DNA of 64,000 nucleotides from Lytechinus pictus (lineage: Eukaryota): NCBI RefSeq assembly GCF_037042905.1, contig NC_087263.1, positions 9,860,001 to 9,924,000 of the forward strand, in the 5' to 3' direction. Shown in pieces: positions 26,201 to 39,240 of the stretch; positions within the stretch are counted from its first letter, which is position 1; each line of letters opens with the position of its first letter. Position numbers and translations under genes: made by a program. The notes beneath the pieces were generated by a model. It was given only the letters and a program-made list of their open reading frames with translations. It was not told where the DNA came from and made no database searches.

Positions 26201-26884
26201 TCCATAATTTTGGCTGCTTTTTATATACTAATTTATTCAATGTTGTTGGGGAGGGGGGGGGGGGGGGGGGTCAGGACAAATCATCTAAGGTTTTATACAA
26301 TCGAGTCCAGTCTTGGATCTTGTTCCCCTTCTGTTACCACCTGAGGATCACCGTCAATCAAGAAAATATTCTTCCATTTTCATGTCAAAAGATGTAAAAT
26401 GCCAAAATGTCCCGATCAACACAGCATGGATTCGCCCATTAAGGACACAATCTGCTAGTCTCTATTCATGTTTTCCCTTTCCTTCTATGCGTGAGATTGT
26501 GTGTGTGTGTGTTTGTGTATGTGTGTAGCTGAATAGGTTCGCATATTATGCACTGCTGAAATTTACCAATCAACATTTCGAACCAATCGATGAAAAAAAA
26601 ATGGAAAATGAATCAGGAACTAAAGGTTCCTCGTCGCTGATTCATGTCATGTGCAATCATAGAAATAACGCATGACATGTCAGTGCCGATGTTTTGATGA
26701 CACACAAGAATTGTCAATAATAAAAGAAATCGAGGAGTTCTATGCAAAACTCCGGTGCAAAACTTAGACAATGCCGTGATGAAAGGCAGAGGGAGGTAAA
26801 AAAAAATATCATGAGTTTGAAGTTGTCTTGTTTGAAGTATGAAGATGTAATCATCGATTTATTGAGATGTCCTGGGGCTGTAAC

Positions 26885-26937
26885 CACTAGCGTACCTACG
26901 TGGGGGGGGGGGGCAGGCCCCCCCTGACGAACTTGAA

Positions 26938-26968
<31 letters not shown>

Positions 26969-27106
26969 GCTTTTCATTTTTTTTTCTGGTACGAAATCAT
27001 TTATTTGTGATCGAAGACCTTTTTTTTTTTTTTTTTTTGTGCTTGTCAAATTTTTTGGCGGACAGTTTTGCCCCCCCCCCTGTGGAAAATCCTAGGTACG
27101 CCACTG
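26885..27106. mobile_element. hAT-type MITE nested in a smaller palindromic MITE (~26874-27231)
   Basis: Ends CACTAGCGTACCTA / TAGGTACGCCACTG; 8-bp TSD GCTGTAAC / CCTGTAAC; host has gtaacacaaa / tttgtgttac arms. Confidence 0.7.
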
Positions 27107-27546
27107 CCTGTAACACAAAACCTAGCAATGATCGTTAAACATTTTCTACGATTGATTCCATTGACAATAATGCACAATCAATCATGAAAATCGAGCGTAC
27201 AATTAATCGCTAACCTTTGTGTTACGGTACCCTAGTAGAATTATCCTTCTTGGATATTTTGATACTTTTTTTCATATGCATCTCTGCACGTACAAGACAA
27301 GTTGTTGGGTGAAGAATGAACACAAGTGTGAAAAAGTAATTGTGTGCACGCAGAAAGACACCACCATCATATCACCTGCACATACACACGCCCCTCACAC
27401 ATAAACATCGCATCCATCACACACATCACTCTTACCCACACGCGCATACCCTTCACACAAACCTCTCTTGCACACATCCTCACACCAGCATATCCTTCCA
27501 CCAACACCCACACTTTGTAATCCCTACATAAACACTTCATAAAGTA

Positions 27547-27763
27547 CACTGCAAAAACTCCGGTGTTGATTTAACACCAGCCCGGAATCTATACATATCC
27601 ACACCAGAAAAGTGTGAAACAACACCAGTTTGGTTTTGGTCTAACAACACCAAATGGTATTAAAACAGCATTGGTTTGATTCCAAACTGGTGTTGTTTCA
27701 ATACTTCTTTGGTGTGGACATATTCCGGGCTGATGTTAAATCAACACCGGAGTTTTGGCAGTG
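27547..27763. mobile_element. Palindromic MITE with TA TSD
   Basis: TA|CACTGCAAAAACTCCGGTGTTGATTTAACA...TGTTAAATCAACACCGGAGTTTTGGCAGTG|TA. Confidence 0.88.
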
Positions 27764-28895
27764 TAGTGTTTACATTTCCTCATCCCCCCACATCTTATTT
27801 GTTATGTCTTCCGTTGATCAAAAATGGACAACTACTCTATTATACATACCTTCAAAATGGCTTGCCTGATTTGGAAGCAGTTACGTATGATAAGCCCTTC
27901 ACAAGTGTGAGTGGTGGTGGTGTGTGTGTGGGATAGGTGTTGTGTATTGCGTTTGTAGGTGTGTATGTGAGGGTGTGGGTGGGTGAACAGATATCGTCCT
28001 GTCTTTCATTCTTCACCCAGGCAACTCAGGGCAACTTTGATTTTAAGGACCTTCGGGAAAATGTCTCGTATTCATACTTCAGACGAGGCAACTTCAAACT
28101 GATGGGTTATTTGTTTTGTGACTAACTCTGTAGTATCAAACGAGTAATAAAACAGCACATAGTGATATTCTTTTATCCACGGCCAAGTAAGCCCGTTTAA
28201 AGTTGGACAGCTGGAAGCCGTATGCTTCGAGGAGTTTTTAAACATCTTTTTTTTTCTCCTCGTAATTGGTGACTGGAGCCAACGGAGTTCAGCGGAACAA
28301 CAAATATAACAGAGACCGAAGCTTTTGGTATAGTTTAACATGTTTAAAGTAAGCCATCAAAATGACGCCGATATACATGTGTAAAGGGGTATGATAGTCA
28401 GTCAGTTTTGTTTGATATGATTATTGTTCATTATCTATGAATTTTCCAAGATCTTCTTAAAATTATATTTCAGCTGGATATTTCATACCAATAATAAAAC
28501 AAATGAAAATCTTTTGTTTTAACGGCCAAGAAATAAATCAAAATTTAGATAAAGATATTGGCTCGTATTCAAAACGAAGGCTTGTAACGGCTTATAAGTG
28601 GTATAAATTAGTGGTTAAACCTTGGATAGCCAATTGTGAAACATATGCCCTATGATACAAAGTGGGGGCTTAAGACTCCACTCGACGTCTTAAAAATAAA
28701 CGTGTACAAAAATATGTTAAAATGGCCATCTGATTTTCCTTGTTTGCCTGGTCAACCCCACATTTCCTACTTAGCCCCCTCCTCCACATTCCAAACATTT
28801 CCACGGTTCCTATATATATATACATGTATATATATATATATATAATAATAATTCTGATAATTGTGTTATTCATTACTTTATCACTTCATTCCCAG

Positions 28896-28973
28896 CAGGG
28901 ATCTGTCCACATAGAAAATATAGTGAGAGCAAAAGAATCAGATGGATCAGATATCGTGGAAATAGTTAATGAG
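28896..28973 (+). CDS. Candidate isolated 78-nt internal exon (QGSVHIENIVRAKESDGSDIVEIVNE); gene unknown
   Basis: Pyrimidine tract + CAG acceptor, open frame, strong GAG|GTAAGT donor, length divisible by 3. Confidence 0.4.
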
Positions 28974-30442
28974 GTAAGTACACTATAATTTATTCCTTTA
29001 AGATCGAGGAAGTTACATTCGCCATAGCGAGTTGACATCACGAAAAACAATGATTTTTGTATTATGCTTATTTCATTTTTTCTTCATGTTTGAATAAAAC
29101 TGACTCATCCGTCCTTTCTTTTTTAGGAGTTCATATCATAATGATACACGTTTTATTGTTGTCGTTTAGTTGATGTTGTACAACGCCCCATTCAACATTT
29201 CGTACATTAGTAGACTTGTTAAGAGGTTGAACGCTGCATTTTTGAGTACAAATGTCCCACTTGGCACAAATGTTCCTTGAGTCAAAAGAAAAAGATTCAT
29301 CCAAAGAGACACGCTGTATCTATGCAAATAAGCAAGTAATTTGCATAAATTTGCATATTATGTCAATATAGTGAAAACTAGTACTTAAGATTATATATTT
29401 AACCAGAACTGCCCTAAAATTGGAAATAAAGACTTAGGGTAAAAAAGGGAGGAAAATTGTCATAAAATGATTGGGATATCCTTGTTTATTATTACCTAAT
29501 TTGCATAAATTATACAAATCATAATTCAAAACAGAGTATTTTTTCATGAATCCTCAACTGTTTTGTAAATAACAGCAATTAATACACAATGTCAACATTC
29601 TACATGAAAGAGAATATATTAGCGAAAACATCGATATGCTTTATCACAGTATTGGTGTCATAATTTGCTTAGAAAGAGGGCAAATATGTCAAAATGTATG
29701 ACGTGATATTGCGCTAAAACGAGACCAAACAACCTCTATGTCACAGTCATACTCACGAATCCGACAATAAAGCGATTAATGGTATGTCATTCGAGATAAC
29801 ACAATAGCTTCCATCGGCTTCTCGTACGCTTTTGTTGGTGTGTCTGCCACACCGTAATCTATGATATATACCGGCAAAATGCATTTCGGTATCGGTAAAA
29901 CACCATTTGTTTTATTTGTTTCTAATTTGTTTCTCTTGGAAAATTCACAGGAGACATTGCTTTGCATGTTACTGCTTTAATGAAGCTCTGGACCATGAAT
30001 TCATGAATCATGATGAATGTACCCCACCTCAATCCATATTTTAACTTTATTAAAATATACAGGTATATCTTTTGGAGACCCCGAAGCATTCCCGCTACTT
30101 TACAAAACCAGTTGAAATTGTATTATCGACTTGGAAAAGACAGATGTATGACACATCAGTCAACATGTTTCCTGAGGAAAGTTTTTTGTTTATTCAAGCC
30201 TACGCCCATGGGAGCCCTCCGAATTTACCCCATCCCCTCTCCGTATTTCGACACTAAATAAAAAAATTTCGTGTTTTAAAGCCATCGGCAAGGCAAACTG
30301 CGTTTTTTGGTATAATAAAGCAACTTTTCTATTTATATCTTTAAATCTATATTCATCATTATTGATATTATTATAAACATTATTAAAATTATTAAAGTTA
30401 TTATTATAATTATCACTATTATTATTATTATCATTATTATTA

Positions 30443-30473
<31 letters not shown>

Positions 30474-30852
30474 AATTGTTATTATTATAGTAATAAGAAT
30501 AATAATAATTATTATTATGTTTCTGCAGTTTGTAATAATGCTCTAGCACAGTAAATGGTATAGCCAAACAGAAGAATGCCTAGGACACCCTTTCCCCTTT
30601 TGGTTTTATGTATTCAAAGATAGTTTTTTGTCTTAAGAACTCTTAAAAGATTACTTTTGTTTGTATTGATATCTTGGAATAGATTGAGGAGAAAATACTC
30701 TACGATTGACATGTAGAGGAGCTGTGGTACATTGAAGAAAAGCCACACGAAAGCTCTAAACAACTCAAAGCCCTTTATTGATTCCACTCTATGTTGAATT
30801 TAAATATTTTTAGAGCCCAATCGGAAGATGCATTTCTACTACACAGTAAAGC

Positions 30853-33283
30853 GGCTCGGTGTAAAAATGGCAGAGGTAAAAATGGCAGAGGTAATAATGG
30901 CAGAGGTAAAAATGGCAGAGGTAAAAAAGGCAGAGGTAAAATGGCAGAGGTAATAACGGCAGAGGTAAAATGACAGCTCTAGGTAAGATATGGCCAGTCT
31001 CACCCCCATGCAATGAATTGTCAAAAAGCCCACGCATATGTCATATCATCATGTCTTCATCTGCCTAACAATGCTGTTTACGAATTTGTTGGAGGTGTAC
31101 CGTGAAGGCTTTTTAAAAAGAAATCAAACGACAGATATTTTTTCATTCAATTTATCAGAAGCAAAATGAAACTGCACTATTCTCATTCATCATTTTATAA
31201 CATTCCTTTTTGTCTGGCTGTTGTTTTTATTTCTAAAGTTTTGCCAGGTTTACCGATGCAAAAAGGAGGAAGAGTAGACATAAAAGAGTTGGAGAGACAG
31301 AGAGGGGGAAAACATAAAGAACATAGCGGGGAAAGCTTAGACTTTGAAATTGTCACGAATGATTGTGGTTAAATATCATGTCCTTATTTGTAATGTCGTC
31401 TGTACTATTCTTTTTAAACATTTGAATGACAAAAAGCATGCGTTCAGGCTTGGCACTAAATATGTAACTGATTATCAAAATCAATAATAATCTTGTTTTG
31501 ATTGGTACCAATTTGAGGTCGATCGAGGGGGACCGTCTGGTTAAGATTCTTTGCACAAAAGAAGACCATGAACCTTTACCACTGCATCCAAACGCCTTGG
31601 AAGCGGAAGTGCTGTTGGGTATTTTGTACACCATAAGCAGCACCCTCTTGGTAATCAGCTAGGAATACTAAAATGTAGAGATTTGATACAAATCTCTGTT
31701 ATTGTTCAAACAGAAGGAAAAAAACATTGTTTATTATCTAATTGTTATTATTTTTGTTGTACTTCTTTTTCTGACCTAAAATATCTTTATTTAGTTGAAA
31801 TAATTGTTTGTGTCATTTCCCCCCTTAAGGACGTTCCACAGTTAAAGTGAAATCCATGTCATTTTCACCAAACTTTGCACATAGATACTTTAGAACCTTA
31901 ATATTCGAAATATGCAAAAATTAACATAGGTCCATGTGCTTGATTTTTTGCTATAGAGCTTCAAAGTTCACCTAAATTGATGTTCTTAAAAATTGCGCAT
32001 TCAAAAGAATTTGGCATTTTTAGACCGCCCAAGATTACTATGAGTTTAAACCTTTATTACTCAGTCGAAATACATGAAAAAGTCATCAAATTTCGCAAGA
32101 GAGTTAATAATTGTATCGTTAGAATGGATAATTTATCTATAGTGCTATTTGTTTGCAATTTTAAGTTTAACAGCACTGCCAGTTCTTAAAAATGTCGTAA
32201 AAGATAACAAAATCCCAATCTAAAAAATGTGAAATTGTAGTAACAAACTACAAACGTACAATAAATGCTGCACTTTATTCAAAATCCATGTCATTTTCAC
32301 CAAAATTTGCAGAGTTGTAAAGGAAGGTATACCTAAGAGGTACAAACATTAAAAAATAGGGGTTCATGTGCTTGTTTTTAAATTATCAGCATTTTTATTA
32401 GAGCAAATGTGCTTTTTAATACACCAAAAATGCGCCGAATACTTTGTATCTATGTGAAGAAAAAATCATAACCACTCTACCATTTATTTAAACTCGGGGT
32501 AATATTCGTGATTCTTGGCAGCACTGCAGAGTAAAGTATTTTGAAATTGTAGATAATTTTTTTTAAATCGTCCATGGAATAATTCCACTTTTTAGCTTCA
32601 TGAAATAACACATCGGATATGCAGTTAAAGTGCAGAAGATGAGAAAAATCAGCTCATACCCGCAGCTAATTAATCACCTGTTCATCCATTGTGACGTCAG
32701 CGCGCAGAGTGTAAACTATGCGCAGATCATAATGCGCACAAGCATAACTGTGGAACGTCCTTAACCAAATCCCCTTTCATTTTGGAGTGAAAACTTTTTT
32801 AACAAACCAGCACCCCATATCTCTTTCATATTTGCCTCTGCCATCTTTACCTTTGCCATTTTCAACTCCGCCATTTTTTACGTTGTTAGAAAATTTATAC
32901 TTAAAAATAAAAAATTCCTGCAACAGAGTCTGGAGAACACCTCTAATCTTACTGCACTGTGTAATCTTACATATATTTGGGTAAAATTACAGAAAATTGG
33001 TATTTTGTGCGTGTACTCTTACAAATTTATTGTAATAAAACTGTTTCCCTTTTTTAAAAGCATATCTGTTCTTTAAAATTGTAGAAAAATTTACCTCTTG
33101 TCATTTATGCCTCTGTTCTTTTTACCTCTGCCATTTTTACCTCTGCTATTATTATCTCTGCCATTATTACCTCTGCCTTTTTTACCTCTGACATTTTTAC
33201 CTCTGCCATTTTTACTTCTGACATTTTTACCTCTGCCATTTTAACCTCTGCCATTAATACCTCTGCCATGTTTACCTGGCACC
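30853..33283. mobile_element. MULE-like non-autonomous element with 15-bp tandem-repeat TIRs and 9-bp TSD
   Basis: GGCTCGGTG(TAAAAATGGCAGAGG)n...(CCTCTGCCATTTTTA)n-CCTGGCACC; CAGTAAAGC at 30844-30852 and 33284-33292. Confidence 0.9.
31829..32760. mobile_element. TTAA-flanked element (Kolobok-like) nested in the MULE-like element
   Basis: TTAA|GGACGTTCCACAGTTA...TAACTGTGGAACGTCC|TTAA; perfect 16-bp TIR. Confidence 0.9.
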
Positions 33284-33329
33284 CAGTAAAGCCGCTTTAC
33301 GTTCTCCTCTTGAATACCCCCCCCCCCCC

Positions 33330-33362
<33 letters not shown>

Positions 33363-35461
33363 ATAGAATGCATTGTTTTATATCGCATAAAATAAGTTCG
33401 TGTACATGAGGTGGTCTGTCAAAGTTGCTCAACCCTTAATTTTGTTTTGACAATATATATTTAGAATATCGTCTAAATGAAGCCCTCATTTATTCTGTAG
33501 TGCAATCTTTATTGTTTATTTGCTTGTTAAATTTCCTGGGACCAAAATTTTACATTGAACCTTTTTTTTTGCATTTCAAATTTACATCAAGAAATAAACA
33601 AAAAGGATATTTTGGTAACGTTTCTTTTTTTTTTTTCGTTTTGTCACATCTGCCGGGGGGTGATGTATATGGAGAATAATACACGCAGCACATCCCCCCC
33701 CGAAAATCTTCCGGGTGCTTCAGCCCCCGCGCCCCAGTGCTAGGGCCTGTAATGTAGATGCTGCCTTTAATAAGTGCCCTTTTCCAGAATGAGGGCTTCA
33801 TTTAGACGATATTCTAAATATGTATTGTCAAAACAAAATAAAGGGTTGGGCAACTTCGACAGGCCACCGTCATCATAATACACGAACTTATTTTATGCGA
33901 TATTAAACAATGCCTTCTATGTTTTTTTTTTCCAAGAGGAGAACGTAAAGCGGCTTTACTGTGCAGTATACATGGTATATAGAAATGCATCTTTCTTCCC
34001 ATTGTGCTCTAAAAATATTTAAATTCAACATAGAGTGGAATCAATAAAGGGCTTTGAGTAGTTTAGAGCTTACGTGTGGCCTTTCTTCAATGTACCACAG
34101 TTCCTCTACATATCAATTGTAGAGTATTTTCTCCTATATTCCAATATATCAATACAAACAAAAATAATCTTTTAAGAGTTATAAAGACAATAAACTATTT
34201 TTGAATACATAAAACCAAAAGGGAAAGGGTATCCTAGGAATGCTTCTGTTGGGTTATAGCCTATAATTATAATTATAATAATAATAATAATATTGATAAA
34301 TATAAAATATAGACATAAAAAGTTGCTTTATTATACCAATAAACGCAAGTTGCGTTGCCGATGGCTTTAAATCACGATATTTTTTTATTTAGTGTCGAAA
34401 TAAGGAGAAGGGATGGGGTAAATTCGGAGGGCTCCCGTGGGCGTAGGCTTAAATAAACAACAAAACTTTCTTCAGGAAACATGTTGACTGGTGTCTCATA
34501 CATCTGTCTTTTCCAAGTCGATAATGCAAGTCAAACTGGTTTTGTAAAGTAGCGGGAATGCTGGGGGAATGCATTTTTGCCACTTCAGGGTCTCCAAAAG
34601 ATATAGATTTTTATAAAGTTAAAATATGCATTGAGGTGGGGTACATTCGTCATGATTCATGTGCCAGAGCTTCATTAAAGCAGTAACATGCAAAGCAATG
34701 TCTCCTGTAAATTTTCCAAGAGAAACAAATTAGAAACAAATAAAACAAATGGTGATACCGAAATACATTTTGCCCGTATATATCATATATTACGGTGTGG
34801 CAGACACACCAACAAAAGCGATACGAGAAGCCGATGGAAGTTATTGTGTTGGGATTGTGTTATTTCGAATGACATACCATTGATCGCTTTATTGTCGGAT
34901 TCGTGATTGTGACTGTGACATAGAGGTCGTTTGGTCTCGTTTTAGCGCAATATCACGTCATACATTTTGACATATTTGCCCTCTTTCTAAGCAAATTAAG
35001 ACACTAATACTGTCATGAAGCATATCGATGTTTGCGCTAATATATTCTCTTTCATGTAGAATGTTGACATTGTGTATTAATTGCTGTTATTTATAAAACA
35101 GTTGAGGATTCATGAAAAAGTACTCTGTTTTGAATTATAATTTGCCTAATTTATGCAAATTAGGTAATAATAAACAAGGATATCTCAATCATTTTATGAC
35201 AATTTTCTTCCCTTTCTTACCCTAAGTCTTTATTTCCAATTTTAGGGCAGTTCTGGTTAAATGTATATTCTTAAATACTTGTTTTCACTATATCGACATA
35301 ATATGCAAATTCATGCAAATTACTTGCTTATTTGCATAGATACAGCGTGTCTCTTTGGATGAATCTTTTTCTTTTGACTCAAGGAACATTTGTGCCAAGT
35401 GGGACATTTGTACTCAAAAATGCAGCGTTCACCCCTTTTTTTGCAGTTAACAAGTCTACTA

Positions 35462-35774
35462 CAGGTAGTATATTGTTTTATGTCCTCATGAAAGAAAAAT
35501 ATTATTTGTAATAAAACTTTTGGGAGAAATGACATTTTAGCCATAATATGGATTGGAGGACATGGAAATGTAGTCCTTGCCTTACATCACTATGACATCT
35601 CATATGCGGCCAATTTGAAGTCTCCATAGGTATAGTGATTACCAATATTTGCAACTTTTAAAAATTCATAACTTTCTTGTTGTTTATCCAATATTGTTCA
35701 AACTTTAACCTATCAACTTGTCTGATTTTTCTTTTCCTCATGAAAATAAGTTTTTGTTTGGGTTGGAGTCTCCT
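35462..35774 (-). mobile_element. Half of a Kolobok-like MITE (family of 9417-9994), cut at the foldback terminus
   Basis: Reverse complement of ~9417-9710 (tactacctg, atggctaaaatgtcatt, cctatggagacttc, aagaaagttatga). Confidence 0.75.
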
Positions 35775-36348
35775 TTAACCCCAATTCTCCCGGGGGCCAT
35801 AATGCCCCCCTCGACAATTTGTGCGATATATCTGCTGCGCAATGTTTTTTTGACCTCACCACTCACTGACTCTTTACTGTCAAGTCTCGCGCAAATTTTG
35901 AGACCAAATTAATGACGCCCGATTAAACGGTTACGACATTATGTAAGTGCATGTCAGAATCCAAATTGCTCATAAACGTGATTTCATGTACAAATCCAAT
36001 GCAGATTGTGTATATTAGCCAAAATTCATAAATGTATCATTATTTCTACTTTTAATGATTAAACTTACTTAATTTCGCCTTGTTTATAATAAAAATGAAG
36101 TCTGGAACGATTTCCATAAAAAAAAACAATAAAAAAAACAAAAATAAAAAACAAAGAAATACATATATGTAAGAAATTTAAAAAACAATAAAATACATAA
36201 GAAATCGGTCTTGGTACCAGAAATTTTTCATTACAATTGTTAGGAATGCTACAAAGAATATTTTCACCAAAAAATAGCATTCTAGGAGCTTTATTTAGTG
36301 AATCAGAGCAAAAAGTATGATTTCATGAATAAATTAGCATAATAAATT

Positions 36349-38378
36349 GGTGCCGGGTAAAAATGGCAGAGGTAATAATGGCAGAGGTAAAAATGGCAGA
36401 GGTAAAAATGACAGAGGTATAAATGGCAGAGGTAAAAATGGCAGAGGTGAAAATGGCATAGGTAATAATGGCAGAGGTAAATATGGCAGAGGTAATAATA
36501 GCAGGTGTAAAAGTGGCAGAAGTGTAAATAGCAGAAGTAATAATAGCAGAGGCATAATTGACAGAGGTAAAGATCATGACATGCTACATCAACAAGGAAG
36601 ACAGGGCCTTTTCGTTTATTATCAGTCAAAATTATTGAACATGAATGGACCTCTCTCGACGACATGAGTATTATGAACTGATTTAATAGATATTATATGG
36701 ATTTTTTGTCATCGTTTTAGGTTTATATTTTATAGTTGATATGATTAAACTCAAACATTTTCATGTCAAAATGATTTCAATTAGTGATTGATGAAAGGAT
36801 TTATCTTGGCTAGTTCGTATAGTATCCCATACATACACAATAAAAACGCTGTTTAAGATTGTATACAACGCTGTTTACCAAATGAACCTTACAGTATTTG
36901 TTTAACCGTTTAAACAATCATGTTTAATTTATTGAAAATTAGATATTGAAAATTAAACTTTGTTGCTTAAGATTTAAACACTTGTTTCAATTGTTTAAAC
37001 AATTACTGTAAAGTTCATATAGTAAACAGCGTTGCATGATTTTTGTTACCGTGTACCCAACAAATTTTAATGTAAACACATGAAATAGACAAGTTCGGGA
37101 TTTCTTTGAACCACTTGCATAACTTGGATAACAGAAAAATAACAAACGCTCTGTAATAAAAGTAATTTTTATATTTCAACATCATAATGGATCCGAAGAG
37201 ATATTGATATGATACGCCTGTAGTTTAATGTAAATGAGATAATAATGGCAACTAGTGTTCAGTTTGTCAAAGCAATACCTCATTGCACCTATAGTCCAAG
37301 TGGATGTAAGGTTCCTGAACTAGTTTCTATGGTAACGGTTACCACATGAATTTTGAAATGTGTAGCGAATCAGGGATTTAAATTTATAGGCGTTTCCTAG
37401 GTACCATTCTATCGACCTATTTTTAATATCGACCTATTTTTAAATGGAAATTCACCCTGACAAATGGTTTACAGTAAAATTAGCAGAAAAATATATTGGT
37501 GGTTTGCGGAAAGTCCATCAAAGATTAAGAAAGTTATTAGAAGTCTGAGTTTTTGAACTGTGACGTCATATAATAGCAGCTGCCCCGTATTTTATGCACC
37601 AAATACATACTTTTCATTTTTTAATCAGTGGTTCATGATTGCCAAAAAAATTATTTCAGGAGCGGATGTGAAATGATTTGTATGTTGATATACTTAGGGT
37701 ACAATAAAACCATTTTCATTTTTTTTTTGAAATGACATTTCATTTATATTTTTTAGTAAACCATATGTGGGAAAAACTGCTCGAAAATGACCTGACCGTT
37801 AAAATGTAAAATTCTAATAGCTTTTTAAATCTTTGATGGATTCCCTAAAACCCCCACCAATATCATTTTAATTACTTTCTGCTATTTCCACAATATACCT
37901 TGTCAGTGTGAATTTCTCCTGTAATGAATTAAGTATAACATTTGGGATTTAAAGTGTGCTTCAAATTTGAATATTAGAAGAGCGATTTGACATGAGAAGG
38001 CAGTGCACGTAAGTCCAGGATAAATAAAGAATACCAGATCAAGTATTATCAATTTGGTGCAGAAGATCTACAATATCATTGAAACATGTTATCCTTTCCA
38101 TTAGTCAAACATTATAATTTCAATTTTCTTTTCAGAACCTTTACTGTATGCATGGAGGATATTTTGGATTTTTTAGCATGGGGGTTTAAGACTGACCATT
38201 TATACCTCTGTCATTTTTACCTCTGCCATTATTACCGCTGTCATTTATACCTCTGCCATTTTTACCTTTGCCATTTTTACCTTTGCCATTTTTACTTCTG
38301 CCATTTTTACCTTTGCCCTTTTTACCTTTGCCATTTTTACCTCTGCCATTTTTACCTCTGCCATTTTTACACCGAGCC
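36349..38378. mobile_element. Second MULE-like element with 15-bp repeat TIRs, opposite orientation, 8-bp TSD
   Basis: GGTGCCGGG(TAAAAATGGCAGAGG)n...(CCTCTGCCATTTTTA)n-CACCGAGCC; AATAAATT at 36341-36348 and 38379-38386. Confidence 0.9.
37440..37924. mobile_element. Degenerate TTAA-type MITE nested in the second MULE-like element
   Basis: ttaaatggaaattcaccctgaca...tgtcagtgtgaatttctcctgtaa. Confidence 0.6.
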
Positions 38379-38799
38379 AATAAATTAATATAAAATAAAG
38401 ATATATGAATTCAGTGAAATTCACCAATGAAACTGCTTAGATTACGTCATTCTCTACCATCATGCAAATTTTCGTTGTGATCGCGCAATCCGCGGCTGAG
38501 ATCTTAAGGGGGCCATAATGACCCCCCCCGGAATGATAAGAATCAAAATACCCCGAGAGATTTAGGTTTAAGGGGGCGGTGGTGAGCACACGAATAATAA
38601 GAAGAACAAGAAGGTGAAAGTTCTGAAGAAAACGTACATTAGTTTGTTACTCAAATTGAAATGCCGGTTGAAATAAGTTTTCCTCCAGGAAGCCTGTCCT
38701 CGGGAGAATGGTCCTTCGGGGGGGTTTTCATTGGGGAGTTGTCATGGGGGAGTCGCCCTTCGGAGGAGTATTCCTCTCGGGGAGTTGTACTAAAACCCA

Positions 38800-38916
38800 G
38801 TTTTTGTTGTTGTTGTTGTTGTTACTATTTTTGTTATAATGATATCAGCAGCTGCAGCATTAGTAGTAGAATTAGAAGTCGTAGTAGTAGTAGTAGTTGT
38901 TGTTGTTTCAGTAGTT

Positions 38917-38986
<70 letters not shown>

Positions 38987-39120
38987 TAGTAGTAGTAGTA
39001 GCAGTCGTAGCAGTCGTAGTAGTAGTAGTAGTAGTAGTAGTAGAAGTAGTAGTAGTAGTAGTAGTAGGAGTGTAGTAGTAGTGGTAGTAGAAGTAGTAGT
39101 CGTAGTAGTAGAAGCAGGAA

Positions 39121-39162
<42 letters not shown>

Positions 39163-39205
39163 CAGTTATATTATTATTGTTGTTTTTATCATCATTTTTA
39201 TTATC

Positions 39206-39238
<33 letters not shown>

Positions 39239-39240
39239 TA
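38800..39240. repeat. Compound (TTG)n/(AGT)n/(TTA)n microsatellite
   Basis: Long imperfect trinucleotide runs. Confidence 0.95.

Larger units (their letters stand above)
29208..35461. mobile_element. Second foldback element (~1.7-1.85-kb TIRs, ~300-bp spacer) with its left arm split by an insertion; TAG termini (Academ-like, tentative)
   Basis: TAGTAGACTTGTTAA / TTAACAAGTCTACTA; 29208-30852 plus 33293-33491 is the reverse complement of 33789-35461; no clean TSD. Confidence 0.88.
35779..38567. mobile_element. piggyBac-like MITE (TTAA|CCC...GGG|TTAA) split by the second MULE-like element
   Basis: TTAA at 35775-35778 and 38568-38571; 35779-36348 and 38387-38567 match the intact relative at 61673-62387. 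Confidence 0.8.

Noticed and set aside
36303..36667. ORFs with (KNGRG)n, (LCHFY)n or (TSAIF)n pentapeptides here and at 30791-31037 and 38086-38427
   Set aside because: Translations of the 15-bp TIR repeats, open in several frames
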